Positions 19,017-28,417 of a DNA stretch of 38,498 nucleotides are shown piece after piece. A program made the position numbers and the translations under genes. The notes beneath the pieces were generated by a model. The model worked only from the letters and a program-made list of their open reading frames with translations. It was not told the origin of the DNA and searched no databases. The stretch lies in the sequence record DRR723986_9092; one strand, given 5' to 3'. Each line of letters starts with the position of its first letter. The stretch's first letter is position 1.

Positions 19017-19967
19017 ATGCTCGGAAGAACCGCCTCTTCGCTGTTTTGGATGTCGCGCTACCATGAGCGTGCCCAGAATGTTTCCCGTCTCCTTGAGGTC
19101 GCCTGTCGTGGCGCCATCATCTCCCATTCGGGTCAGGAGGACGGAACCCACTGGACCTTCGCCCTCGCCTGCTCGGGGTGCGAGACCGGGTACAAGCAGA
19201 AATACGAGGAACTGAACGGGCGCAACGTGGCGGCCCACATGATCTTTTCCAAGGAAAACACCTCAAGCGTCCGCAGCTGCCTGGAACTTGCCAGGAACAA
19301 CGCTCGTGCCGTTCGAACAGGCATCACGGCTGAACTCTGGGAAGCCATCAACACCACATGGATCGAGTTCACTGACGTGAACCCGCAATCCATCACCCAG
19401 GAAAAACTGCCGGACTTTCTTGCCTGGGTTAATCAGCGGGCGCACCTGTTCCGGGGCGCGCTGCTGAACACGATCTTGCGCGACGACGGTTATTTCTTCA
19501 GCCAGATGGGCAATTTCGTGGAACGGTCGGACAACACGGCCCGCATCCTCGACACCTACTACTGGACCCTGCTGCCGGACAGCGACATCATCGATGACGG
19601 CTCTCTGGAGCACTATCAGTGGTCCGCGATCCTGCGTGCCCTGTCCGGGCGGAGAAGCTACCGGTTTGCGTATCCGAATGCCCGACTGAAAGCGTTCAAC
19701 ATTGCCGAGTTTCTGATCCTCAGAACGGAAATGCCCCGGTCCCTTGCCCATTGCTACGACTGGATGGCCGATACCGCGGAAGACCTGGCCCAGTTCTATG
19801 GTTCGCGCGAACCAAGCCTGGACATGGCAGCGGACATGGCAAAAGACCTGGCTGAAAAGCAGATGCACGAAATCTATCAGCAGGGACTGCATGATTTCCT
19901 CTCGGATTTCATCAACAAAAACAATCTTTTCGCCCATCAGCTTTGCGAAGACTACAATTTCGCCTGA
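19017..19967 (+). CDS. Alpha-E domain protein (DUF403)
   Basis: MLGRTASSLFWMSRYHERA, ARNNARAVR, second ER motif FVERSDNTARILD, PRSL; operon position. Confidence 0.92.
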   Translation: MLGRTASSLFWMSRYHERAQNVSRLLEVACRGAIISHSGQEDGTHWTFALACSGCETGYKQKYEELNGRNVAAHMIFSKENTSSVRSCLELARNNARAVRTGITAELWEAINTTWIEFTDVNPQSITQEKLPDFLAWVNQRAHLFRGALLNTILRDDGYFFSQMGNFVERSDNTARILDTYYWTLLPDSDIIDDGSLEHYQWSAILRALSGRRSYRFAYPNARLKAFNIAEFLILRTEMPRSLAHCYDWMADTAEDLAQFYGSREPSLDMAADMAKDLAEKQMHEIYQQGLHDFLSDFINKNNLFAHQLCEDYNFA

Positions 19968-19995
19968 CCCTGGAACCCCGCAGAACCGGTGCAGC

Positions 19996-20814
19996 ATGCG
20001 ACTGACTGTCAGACACACGACCCGATACCGTTACGAGACGCCACTCGCCAACGCCATGCAGCAGTTGCGCCTGACGCCCGAGGATGGCCCGAGCCAGAGA
20101 GTTGTCGAATGGTCCATCGAAGCACCCGGCATTGAACGGGCGACGACCTATAAGGACGCTTTCGGCAACCAGGTTCACATGGTGTCGCGCAGCGAGCCGA
20201 TCGAGGACGTCGAGATCACCGCCAGCGGTATTGTCGAGACGACGGATACCAACGGAATTCTCGGCCACGAACCGGATGCCGGCATCCCACCGCGGATCTA
20301 CACAAGGGTCACTCCGCTTACGCAATCCAACCAGGCGATCCGCAGGTTGGCGGCCAACGCGGAGGGACATGACAAGATTGCCGGTTTCCATGCTCTGATG
20401 CATGCCATCCGCGACAAGGTCGACTACAAGGTGGGCGTCACCGAGACGCACGCTCCAGCCACAGCCGTGCTGGCTGCCGGAGAAGGCGTCTGCCAGGATC
20501 ACGCGCATATTTTCATCGCCGCCGCACGTTCCATCGGCGTTCCGGCAAGGTACGTTTCCGGCTATCTGCTGCTGGAAGACGAACAGGCTTCAGAAGCCCA
20601 TCATGCCTGGGCCGAAGTGATGATAAACGGTCTTGGCTGGACCGGATTCGACATATCCAACGCAATGTGTCCGACCGATCGCTATATCCGCTTGACGGTG
20701 GGCCTGGATTCCCGTTCAGCTGCCCCTATCAGGGGGATCCGTTTTGGCGGGCTTGAGGAAAACCTGCATGTTGAGGTCGATGTGGCCCAGGCCGCATTCC
20801 AGCAACAGCAGTAA
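19996..20814 (+). CDS. Transglutaminase-family protein
   Basis: H.T.Y.Y...QQLRLTP N-domain; catalytic triad GVCQDHAH, HAWAEV, GFD; PARYVSGYL. Confidence 0.93.
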   Translation: MRLTVRHTTRYRYETPLANAMQQLRLTPEDGPSQRVVEWSIEAPGIERATTYKDAFGNQVHMVSRSEPIEDVEITASGIVETTDTNGILGHEPDAGIPPRIYTRVTPLTQSNQAIRRLAANAEGHDKIAGFHALMHAIRDKVDYKVGVTETHAPATAVLAAGEGVCQDHAHIFIAAARSIGVPARYVSGYLLLEDEQASEAHHAWAEVMINGLGWTGFDISNAMCPTDRYIRLTVGLDSRSAAPIRGIRFGGLEENLHVEVDVAQAAFQQQQ

Positions 20815-20946
20815 GTGTCCTTTCAAACCGCCCGAACAGGCTCACTCCAGCAAAAGATATTAAAGGGCAACCTGCGCCCTGCCTGATGGATGCTTGACCT
20901 TTAGGGGATCCAGCAACGGGTCTTGGCGCAGTCTGAGGGCTTGGGA

Positions 20947-21678
20947 ATGACTTATTGCGTTGGCTTGAAACTGGATCGCGGGCTGGTGTTCGCCGCGGAC
21001 ACACGCACCAACGCCGGTGTCGACAATATTGCCACCTTCAAGAAACTCCATGTATGGGAAGAGCCAGGCGAGCGGGTGATCACCCTGCTCTCTGCCGGCA
21101 ACCTTGCAGTCACCCAGGCCGTCGTCTCGCTTTTGAGTGAGCACATCACGTCCGCGGAAAGCGACCGGGCGACCTTGATGACCGCAAAAACCATGTTCCA
21201 GGTTGCCCGCCTCGTTGGCAGTGCGGTTCGTGAGGTCAAGGCGATCGACGGCGAAGCCCTTGCAACAAGTGCGGAAAACTTCTTCGTCACCTTCATTCTG
21301 GGCGGCCAGATCAAGGGTGAGGAACCGCGCATGTTCCAGATCTATGCGGCCGGCAACTTCATCGAGGTTTGTGAAGACACGCCCTATCTGCAGATCGGCG
21401 AGCACAAATACGGCAAGCCGATCCTGGACCGGGTCACGCGTGCGGACATGCGCCTCGGTGAAGCGGCCAAGCTGGTGCTGCTGTCCTTTGACAGCACGCT
21501 GAGGTCGAACCTGTCTGTCGGCATGCCCATCGACATGTTGCTCTACAACACCGACAGCTTTTCCACCGACCGCCAGGTGCGCATTCAGCAGGACGACCCG
21601 TATTTCCAGAAACTGTCCCGGGGCTGGTCCGACAAGCTGCGGCAGGCCTTTGCCGATATTGAGGAATTTGAGGTCTGA
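20947..21678 (+). CDS. Anbu proteasome-type (Ntn-hydrolase) protease
   Basis: MTYCVG (Thr1 nucleophile), DTRTNAGVD, AGNLAVTQ, QIGEHKYGKPILDR, DSTLRSNLSVGMPID. Confidence 0.95.
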   Translation: MTYCVGLKLDRGLVFAADTRTNAGVDNIATFKKLHVWEEPGERVITLLSAGNLAVTQAVVSLLSEHITSAESDRATLMTAKTMFQVARLVGSAVREVKAIDGEALATSAENFFVTFILGGQIKGEEPRMFQIYAAGNFIEVCEDTPYLQIGEHKYGKPILDRVTRADMRLGEAAKLVLLSFDSTLRSNLSVGMPIDMLLYNTDSFSTDRQVRIQQDDPYFQKLSRGWSDKLRQAFADIEEFEV

Positions 21679-21755
21679 TCCGGCAGGAAACTGTCAGGCG
21701 GACGTCACAATCGATCAGTAGAAGCGGACCGGACCCTTCCGGAAAGTGAGTATCC

Positions 21756-23180
21756 ATGAGCAATTCCAGCGACGTCGCCGAGCTTGATCCAACCGCATGG
21801 ACCAGAGAGCCGGCTAACGAACCGCTGGAAATCAATGATGCTGCGCTCAGGGCCGTGCGCGAGATGATCAAGTCGGGCCAGCGCACGCAGCTGGTCGAAC
21901 TGCTCAAGCGCTGGGACCCCGTCGACGTCATGCAATTGTTGACGCGGCTGCGCCTGAAACAGGCCCGCAAATTGTTCCAGTGGTTGCCGGCCAACCCGTC
22001 GATCAAGGTCATTGCCGAGCTTCGACCGGAATTCCGTTCGATCCTGATGGAAGAATCCACCCTTGAGCAGTTTCGGGATATTCTCGCCGGTCTCGATCCG
22101 GAAGACGCCATCGAAATTCTCAACGAGTTTCCGGACGATGTCGCGGACGAGCTGATCGCGCGCTTGCCGGATGTGGAAGACATCGCAACGCGCGGTTCCT
22201 ATGCCGACGACACGGCGGGCCGCGTGATGGCCCGCAAGTTCGTCGCCCTTCCCGAAACCTGCACCGCCGGCGAAGCCGTTGCGCAGATGCGCGCGGAAGC
22301 CAGCCGCATTCGCAAGGTCTTTACCGTTTATGTGACCGATGCCGACGGCAAGCTGACCGGAACGGTGGAAGTCGGCAAGCTTCTGCTCGCGCCGGCGGAC
22401 GCCCCCTTGTCCAGCTTCATGAACCGCGACGTCATTGCCGTGTCCACGGACACCGACCAGGAAGAAGTGCTGCGGCTCGCCCGAAAACGCGACATGCGCA
22501 CCGTGCCGGTCGTCAGCGGAGAAGGCCACCTGATCGGCCGGATCACGCCCAAGCAGTTGACACGCATCGCCTCGGATGAAGCCAACGAAGACATGCTGCT
22601 GATGAGCGGCGTTTCCTCAGAAGCCAGGTCGGATGACACGGTGCTGCGCATAGTACGTGGCCGCCTGCCCTGGCTGCTCGCCGGTCTGGTGGGGGCCAGC
22701 GTTGCTGCAACGGTGGTCGGTTCCTATGAAGACCAGTTGGCGGAAGCCGCCATCCTGGCCGCTTTCATTCCCGTCACCATGTCGATGGCCGGAAACGCAG
22801 GCCTGCAGGCCTCCGCTGTGGCGGTGCAAGGCATTGCGACCGGAGCCTTGTGGTCCGGCGATATCTTCTACCGCCTGCTGAAGGAACTGGTGGCGGCGCT
22901 CTTCAACGGCGCTATCGCCGGCACGGTCCTAGGCTGTCTCGTGCTCGTGGCTTCGCTGATCGTGCCGCTGGAAGACCCGCTGCACCTTGCCCTGGCCACA
23001 TCGCTATCACTGCTGTGCGTCACCACGCTTGCGGCCATGGTCGGCGCCACGATACCAATCATTCTGGACAAGATCGGCATCGACCCGGCCATGGCCATCG
23101 GTGTCTTCATCACCTCGTCCAACGACGTCCTCGGCGTGCTCATTTTCTTTCTGATGGCAACGACGTTCTACTTGGGGTGA
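21756..23180 (+). CDS. mgtE: Magnesium transporter MgtE
   Basis: N-domain, CBS pair, RLPWL, AFIP...MAGNAGLQA, IDPA...FITSSNDVLG. Confidence 0.93.
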   Translation: MSNSSDVAELDPTAWTREPANEPLEINDAALRAVREMIKSGQRTQLVELLKRWDPVDVMQLLTRLRLKQARKLFQWLPANPSIKVIAELRPEFRSILMEESTLEQFRDILAGLDPEDAIEILNEFPDDVADELIARLPDVEDIATRGSYADDTAGRVMARKFVALPETCTAGEAVAQMRAEASRIRKVFTVYVTDADGKLTGTVEVGKLLLAPADAPLSSFMNRDVIAVSTDTDQEEVLRLARKRDMRTVPVVSGEGHLIGRITPKQLTRIASDEANEDMLLMSGVSSEARSDDTVLRIVRGRLPWLLAGLVGASVAATVVGSYEDQLAEAAILAAFIPVTMSMAGNAGLQASAVAVQGIATGALWSGDIFYRLLKELVAALFNGAIAGTVLGCLVLVASLIVPLEDPLHLALATSLSLLCVTTLAAMVGATIPIILDKIGIDPAMAIGVFITSSNDVLGVLIFFLMATTFYLG

Positions 23181-23216
23181 AGCAAATACGCTCCACACCA
23201 CATCGCAGGGAAATTG

Positions 23217-23993
23217 TTACGCTTCACGCAGGATCAGAACCGCCGCGTCGAATTCCTTGCGCTTGTAGGCCCGGACGAGAGCAGCTTCCGCGTCTTCGCC
23301 CCAGCGCTCGATGTTGAAGTCCTCTTCCACATGAGCGGCCGTCCAGGCGGCATCAGCGTCGAGGTAGTCTTCCAGAAGACCAAGCCCCAGGAGAGCAGAG
23401 CCTGTCAGGCTGGTGATCGTATGGAGCGCTGCGAGGCGCATCGGCGTCAGGTCGGAAAGTCGGGCCCGATAGGCGACAAGCAGCGGTTCCGGCTGGGCAG
23501 CGTGAATGACACCTTCGATCAGCACGAAACGGCCGCCGAGCAACCCGCCTGCCCAGTCCACGACCGGATCCCACAAGCGCCTTTGGGTGTCGATAAGGCT
23601 TTGCGGATCGTCCGCGCGGTAGCACAGCGCATCATTGCCGGCAAACCGGGTGATATCGTCAGCCACTTCGCCAAACCGGATGCTGACTGCATCAAGCGCT
23701 GAATTGGAAATCCGGGTCAGCGGCATGGTGGCCGGATTGATTTCCTTCTGCTGTGCCTGCCATTCGGCGGCAACCGCTGCAGCAAGCGCCTCACTCGGCA
23801 GCAACAAGGCCGCCTTGCCCGGTGTCTTGACGGGCCTTCCGTCCAGATGGATCGCGAAACCGCCGTCCACGGCAACATGGGTTGCTTCCTTGTAGAAACG
23901 CTTAGGCAATTCGCGCCGGGAGAGTTCGCGCGCGCGCTGCTCCGGATCCTTGGCCGCATCTTCCTGCAAGGTTTCAAGAAAGTCGCGCATCAC
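23217..23993 (-). CDS. ATP12-family chaperone
   Basis: PKRFYK, LDGRPVKTP, AAEWQAQ, MPLTR, DALCYRA, LTGSA, AAHVEED...WGEDAEA. Confidence 0.93.
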   Translation of the reverse strand: MMRDFLETLQEDAAKDPEQRARELSRRELPKRFYKEATHVAVDGGFAIHLDGRPVKTPGKAALLLPSEALAAAVAAEWQAQQKEINPATMPLTRISNSALDAVSIRFGEVADDITRFAGNDALCYRADDPQSLIDTQRRLWDPVVDWAGGLLGGRFVLIEGVIHAAQPEPLLVAYRARLSDLTPMRLAALHTITSLTGSALLGLGLLEDYLDADAAWTAAHVEEDFNIERWGEDAEAALVRAYKRKEFDAAVLILREA

Positions 23994-24670
23994 ATTGTTT
24001 CCTTGTCGAAATCCAGAAGTTCACCAAGTGCCAAATCCAGCTCGGCATAGGTCTGGATGATCTTGTCTGCACCATCAGCACTCAGCCGGTCATGATCATG
24101 ATAACCCCAGGCAACGCCCAAGGCATGTGTGCCGGCGGCCTTGGCCATCGCCATGTCAAATCCGGTATCACCGATCATGATTGTTCGTGTCCTGTCCGCT
24201 CCGGTCTCCGCCATTGCCCGCAGCACCATGTCCGGATGAGGCTTGGAGGGCGAGGTATCAGCTGTCTGGACGGTCACGAAGCGTCCATGCAGATCATGGG
24301 TATCCAGCATGTGCGTGACCCCACGCATCGCTTTGCCGGTGGCAATTCCAAGAAGGACATCGTCACGCGCATTCAACCGGATGATAGCTTCGCGAGCACC
24401 CGGATAAAGCGGGTCGAGATCCAGCCCTTCCCTCCTGCGGGACCACTTGGCCTGTTTATAGGCGTTGGACATCACCGGGATCTTGTCCTGGTTTTCAGGT
24501 CCAACGAGATCCAGAAAAGCCTCGTCCAGCGACCGTCCGACGATTGAGAGCGCCGTTTCCCGGTCAGGCATGGGCAGGCCCGCAGCCTCGAAACCGACCT
24601 GCAGCCCCTGCAAAATGGTTTTCTGACTGTCCACCAGCGTGCCGTCGACGTCGAAGATGATCAGATACAT
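23990..24670 (-). CDS. HAD-IA hydrolase (phosphoglycolate phosphatase-like)
   Basis: FDVDGTLVDSQ, ATGK, SKPHP, MIGDTGFD, GVAWGYH; stop overlaps the ATP12 start. Confidence 0.92.
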   Translation of the reverse strand: MYLIIFDVDGTLVDSQKTILQGLQVGFEAAGLPMPDRETALSIVGRSLDEAFLDLVGPENQDKIPVMSNAYKQAKWSRRREGLDLDPLYPGAREAIIRLNARDDVLLGIATGKAMRGVTHMLDTHDLHGRFVTVQTADTSPSKPHPDMVLRAMAETGADRTRTIMIGDTGFDMAMAKAAGTHALGVAWGYHDHDRLSADGADKIIQTYAELDLALGELLDFDKETM

Positions 24671-25071
24671 GGGCATCCTGTGCCAAGCGAACGGAAAGTA
24701 GCCCGCATGTGCCGGGTTTTCCCCCGGGGGTCAAGAGCACATTTGACACTGCGCCGGATTGGAAGTTTTGCCTACATCTACGTCATTGATTGGTAAATTC
24801 AACAATAGGCAAAGACTTCCACAGTCTGCGGCAAATTGACGTTCAATCTTTGGATATCGCCAATTTTGAAAAACCGCCCGAAAATTGCCTCTTTAGAGTG
24901 ATTACCGGTCTCTTGGCCGCTTGCATATTTATCGTAAAGAACTTGGTTACCATGATCGACGATACTGCTGCAGGCGGGTGGGCATGAACGTTTGGGGCAA
25001 GATTGTCACCAAAGGATACGAATTTGGAGCGCGGTCGAACAAGACCGGCGTAACAGAGTGGTTTTGTCTGA

Positions 25072-26361
25072 ATGATTCAGAAGAAACAAAAGGTCGGCCT
25101 GAAGGGGCAAGCAACATCCCGGAAGACCAGCCGGACTTTTTATACGATCCTCGCGGGGGCAACTTTGGTGATATCCGGCTTGGCCGGAACCGCCACTTAT
25201 CTTGGAACCTCGATCGCCCCGTCTCATTTTGTCGCCGCCGGCACTGAGCCGCAGGAGAAATTGACGCTTGCGCAGACAACCCCTGCCACAGCTTCTCTTG
25301 GTCTGGCCCCGATAGCGCTGACAACGAAAAAACGGCAAAGCGCCGAAGCGGAAGCCGCTCTTGCAGCGGAAAAAGCCGCTGAACAGGCAGCAGCAATAGC
25401 TGCGAAAGCAGAGGCTGCCCTCAAGGCGGAAGAGGCGGCACTCGAAGCCGAGGCTAAAAAGGCTGCGAAGGTGGCCCTTGCCGCCAAGCTCGCAAGGCTG
25501 AAACTCGCCCAGACACTTCTGGCCCATCAAGCTGCTTCAGAAACCACAAGTGTTGCCGCGCTCGATGAACCGGCAGCCGATGACACTGCGCCGAATGTCG
25601 AGGTCGCAGCGTTACAAAGCGTCGGCACCACGGCTGAAGCAGAGACGAATGTTGCTGCAAAACCTGAACAGTCGGCCGTGAACATTGCCTTGGCTGCGGA
25701 TAGTTCGGCCAAACCCGGCGCCATTCTGCCGCCGACCCCGGACATGAAACCCGAACCGCCGCGCCGCAGCGCGCCTGTGGTTGCAGAAAACCGTCCTGAA
25801 GGCAGGGAAAAGCCTGAACAAGCGTCTCCCGTTCTGGCCTATGCAACGCCAGGAAATCCCGAAGATGATGAAAACGGAGTGTTCGGCGGTCTCGGCAAAT
25901 TGTTCGGCAGCGCCAAGCCCGGACTTCCCGGTGCAGGCAGCAAGATCGCCGTCTATGACATCAGCGCCGCAACCGTTCACATGCCGGACGGCACCAAGCT
26001 GGAGGCTCATTCCGGCATTGGACACCGGATGGACAATCCGAAGTTTTCGCACGTGAAGATGCTCGGCCCGACGCCGCCCAACATCTACAACTTGAGAATG
26101 CGCGAACGGCGCTTCCATGGCGTGGAGGCCATTCGCATGCTGCCGCAGGACCGTGCTGCCATGAAAGGCCGTGACGGCATGCTGACCCATACGCGTCTGC
26201 TGCGCCGCTCCATCGGGTCCCATGGCTGTGTTGCCTTCAAGGACTACAACAAGTTCCTGAACGCATTCAAACGCGGCCACGTAAAGACCTTGATCGTCGT
26301 TCCGTCGATGGAAAAGCTGCCGACCTACATGGCAAAACTTCAGCGGAGCACCGGAGCCTGA
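25072..26361 (+). CDS. DUF2778/Tlde1-domain (L,D-transpeptidase superfamily) protein with N-terminal membrane anchor and Ala-rich linker
   Basis: AVYDISA..V.MPDG.KLEAHSG.G...GPTPP..Y.L..RE..FHGVEAIR...GRDG.LTH...GSHGCV.FKDY; hydrophobic segment near the N-terminus. Confidence 0.88.
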   Translation: MIQKKQKVGLKGQATSRKTSRTFYTILAGATLVISGLAGTATYLGTSIAPSHFVAAGTEPQEKLTLAQTTPATASLGLAPIALTTKKRQSAEAEAALAAEKAAEQAAAIAAKAEAALKAEEAALEAEAKKAAKVALAAKLARLKLAQTLLAHQAASETTSVAALDEPAADDTAPNVEVAALQSVGTTAEAETNVAAKPEQSAVNIALAADSSAKPGAILPPTPDMKPEPPRRSAPVVAENRPEGREKPEQASPVLAYATPGNPEDDENGVFGGLGKLFGSAKPGLPGAGSKIAVYDISAATVHMPDGTKLEAHSGIGHRMDNPKFSHVKMLGPTPPNIYNLRMRERRFHGVEAIRMLPQDRAAMKGRDGMLTHTRLLRRSIGSHGCVAFKDYNKFLNAFKRGHVKTLIVVPSMEKLPTYMAKLQRSTGA

Positions 26362-26396
26362 CCTTGCAGGCAACTGCCGGATTGGATATGCCTTCT

Positions 26397-26430
26397 AAAC
26401 ATCCCGTTTTCAGTCGAAAGCGGGATGTTT
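26397..26430. terminator. Hairpin/terminator after the DUF2778 gene
   Basis: AAACATCCCGTTTTC-agtc-GAAAGCGGGATGTTT, a 15-bp stem with one G-U pair. Confidence 0.65.
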
Positions 26431-26523
26431 CATCGTTTTGAGGCCGCCAGCACGTTCTGGTCTGACGGCGTCAATAAGGCAACTGCCGTTGCAGCATAGC
26501 GCCCAGCCCGCCCGGAGCTTTTC

Positions 26524-26694
26524 TTGACCAAGATCATCCTGTTGCTGCTGTTCATGATTGCCGCGATCCAGGTGATCAAACCGCTTGGCTGGCCTGGTCT
26601 CAAGAAACGCTCGGATGCCTGGAAACTGGTGGCGGGCGTTGTGTGCATCACCTTTGCGTCGGTGATCCTGGGTGCACTGTTTCAGGGCGATTGA
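26524..26694 (+). CDS. 56-aa two-helix membrane protein (absent from the ORF track)
   Basis: TTG start 6 nt after GGAG; MTKIILLLLFMIAAIQVIKPLGWPGLKKRSDAWKLVAGVVCITFASVILGALFQGD*; GC-rich third codon positions. Confidence 0.8.
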   Translation: MTKIILLLLFMIAAIQVIKPLGWPGLKKRSDAWKLVAGVVCITFASVILGALFQGD

Positions 26695-26741
26695 TTACGT
26701 CCACCAGGTTTGCAAACATCCGACAGTGAGCTCCCCATCAA

Positions 26742-27248
26742 ATGCTACGATCTGACGACGCTCCAACTCTTCATCTGTTTTGCGGCAAGGTTGCTTCCGG
26801 CAAGTCGACATTGGCGGATCGCTTTGCCGAGCGTCCCGGCAACATTCTCCTGCGGGAAGACGTCTGGCTGTCCGGTCTCTACGATGACCAGATGTCCAGC
26901 CTCGCAGATTTTGTCCGCTGTTCGTCACTCTTGAGAAAAACGATAACGCCGCATGTGGCAGCCCTACTGGAAAGCGGTCTTTCCGTGGTACTGGACTTTC
27001 ATGCCAACACGAAAGAAAGCCGGCAATGGATGCGCGCCATTGCCGACAAGGTCGAGTGCAAGCATCAGCTTCATTTTCTCGATGTGCCGGATGAGGTCTG
27101 CAAGGAACGCCTTCGCCAGCGCAATGCCGCCGGCAAGCACGAATTCTCGGTGTCCGAGGCCGAGTTCGACCGGATCTCAAGCCACTTTCAGCCACCGGCG
27201 GAAGACGAGAGCTTCAATCTGAAGGTCTATCCCGCCGCCGGCAGCTAG
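26742..27248 (+). CDS. P-loop kinase, AAA_33-like
   Basis: LHLFCGKVASGKST Walker A, SVVLDF.AN...R.W, FLDVPDEVC..RL..RN; 168 aa. Confidence 0.85.
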   Translation: MLRSDDAPTLHLFCGKVASGKSTLADRFAERPGNILLREDVWLSGLYDDQMSSLADFVRCSSLLRKTITPHVAALLESGLSVVLDFHANTKESRQWMRAIADKVECKHQLHFLDVPDEVCKERLRQRNAAGKHEFSVSEAEFDRISSHFQPPAEDESFNLKVYPAAGS

Positions 27249-27274
27249 GCTTCTGGCAAAGCAGAGAAGTGCTA

Positions 27275-28294
27275 TCAGCGCTTGTTGAGCGCGTCGTCCG
27301 GATCATCCACTTCCGGATCATAGTCCGTTGCATCAAATCCAAGCAGATTCCAGGTCTGCTGCATGTGCGGCGGCAGCGGCGCCGAAACATCGATCGTGCC
27401 ATGGCCCGACGGATGCGGGATCACGATCCGGCGCGCCAGCAGATGCAGGCGGTTCTGGATACCACCCGGCAGCTCCCAGTTCTCGATATTGAAATACTTG
27501 TCGTCACCGATGATCGGATGGCCGATATGGGCCGCATGTGCGCGCAACTGGTGCGTTCGACCCGTCACCGGTTTCATCGTCACCCAGGAAAGCTTCTGGC
27601 CGGACTTTTCGAAGACGGAATAGAGCGACACGGCGTGCTGTGCCTCATCGTCGCCCTGACGCACGATCTGCATGCGTTCTTCGCCGTCATTTCTGGCCAG
27701 GAAGGTGGAAATGCGGCCCTGAAACGGCTTCGGAACACCCGCCAGGATTGCCCAGTAGATCTTCTGTGTATTCCGGTGACGGAAGGCCTTTGTCAGTTCC
27801 TGCGCGGCCTGACGCGTACGGGCAACCAGAATGATGCCGGAGGTCTCACGGTCAAGACGGTGCACCAGACGCGGCTTGTTGCCCTTGCGGTCGGTATAGG
27901 CGTCCAGCATGCCATCCAGGTGGCGTTTGAGGCCTGAACCGCCCTGAACAGCAAGACCTGCCGGCTTGTTGAGCACCATTACCTGGCTGTCTTCAAACAG
28001 CAGCATGTCCTCAATGGCCTTGCGGTCATCAGCAATCAGCTTGGTGGATTTCGGCTTGGCATTCTTCTTGTCGTCCGCCGGAAGTTCCACCCCGAGAGGT
28101 GGAATACGGATCATCTGCCCCTTGGCGATACGGGTGTTGGTCTCAGCACGCTTGCCGTCGACACGGACCTGCCCCGTACGCAGCAGTTTCTGCAAATGAC
28201 CGAATCCAAGGCCCGGGTAATGGGACTTGAACCAACGGTCGAGGCGCATGCCCGCCTCATCGGCGGACACTTGTTTCTGTTCAATCGCGGACAT
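27275..28294 (-). CDS. rluC: RluA-family 23S rRNA pseudouridine synthase (RluC-like)
   Basis: S4 domain (MRLDRW...GQVRVDG), NKPAGLAVQGG, VHRLDRETSG, TGRTHQLRAH, HPIIGD, LHLLA. Confidence 0.9.
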   Translation of the reverse strand: MSAIEQKQVSADEAGMRLDRWFKSHYPGLGFGHLQKLLRTGQVRVDGKRAETNTRIAKGQMIRIPPLGVELPADDKKNAKPKSTKLIADDRKAIEDMLLFEDSQVMVLNKPAGLAVQGGSGLKRHLDGMLDAYTDRKGNKPRLVHRLDRETSGIILVARTRQAAQELTKAFRHRNTQKIYWAILAGVPKPFQGRISTFLARNDGEERMQIVRQGDDEAQHAVSLYSVFEKSGQKLSWVTMKPVTGRTHQLRAHAAHIGHPIIGDDKYFNIENWELPGGIQNRLHLLARRIVIPHPSGHGTIDVSAPLPPHMQQTWNLLGFDATDYDPEVDDPDDALNKR

Positions 28295-28417
28295 GTTTTT
28301 CTCAAATTCGGCATCCGGCCTGCCGCCGTGACGCGCATCCATCGCCCCTGCATCAAGGCGGGGGGAAAATTCGTTCCGCAGCGTATAGGCGGAATCGGCC
28401 CGAAAGGGAAGGAATTC

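Noticed and set aside
25333-25510. Repetitive GCx/GAA-rich DNA as a tandem repeat or CRISPR-like array
   Set aside because: It is the low-complexity Ala/Glu/Lys coding linker of the DUF2778 protein; there is no repeat-spacer structure.
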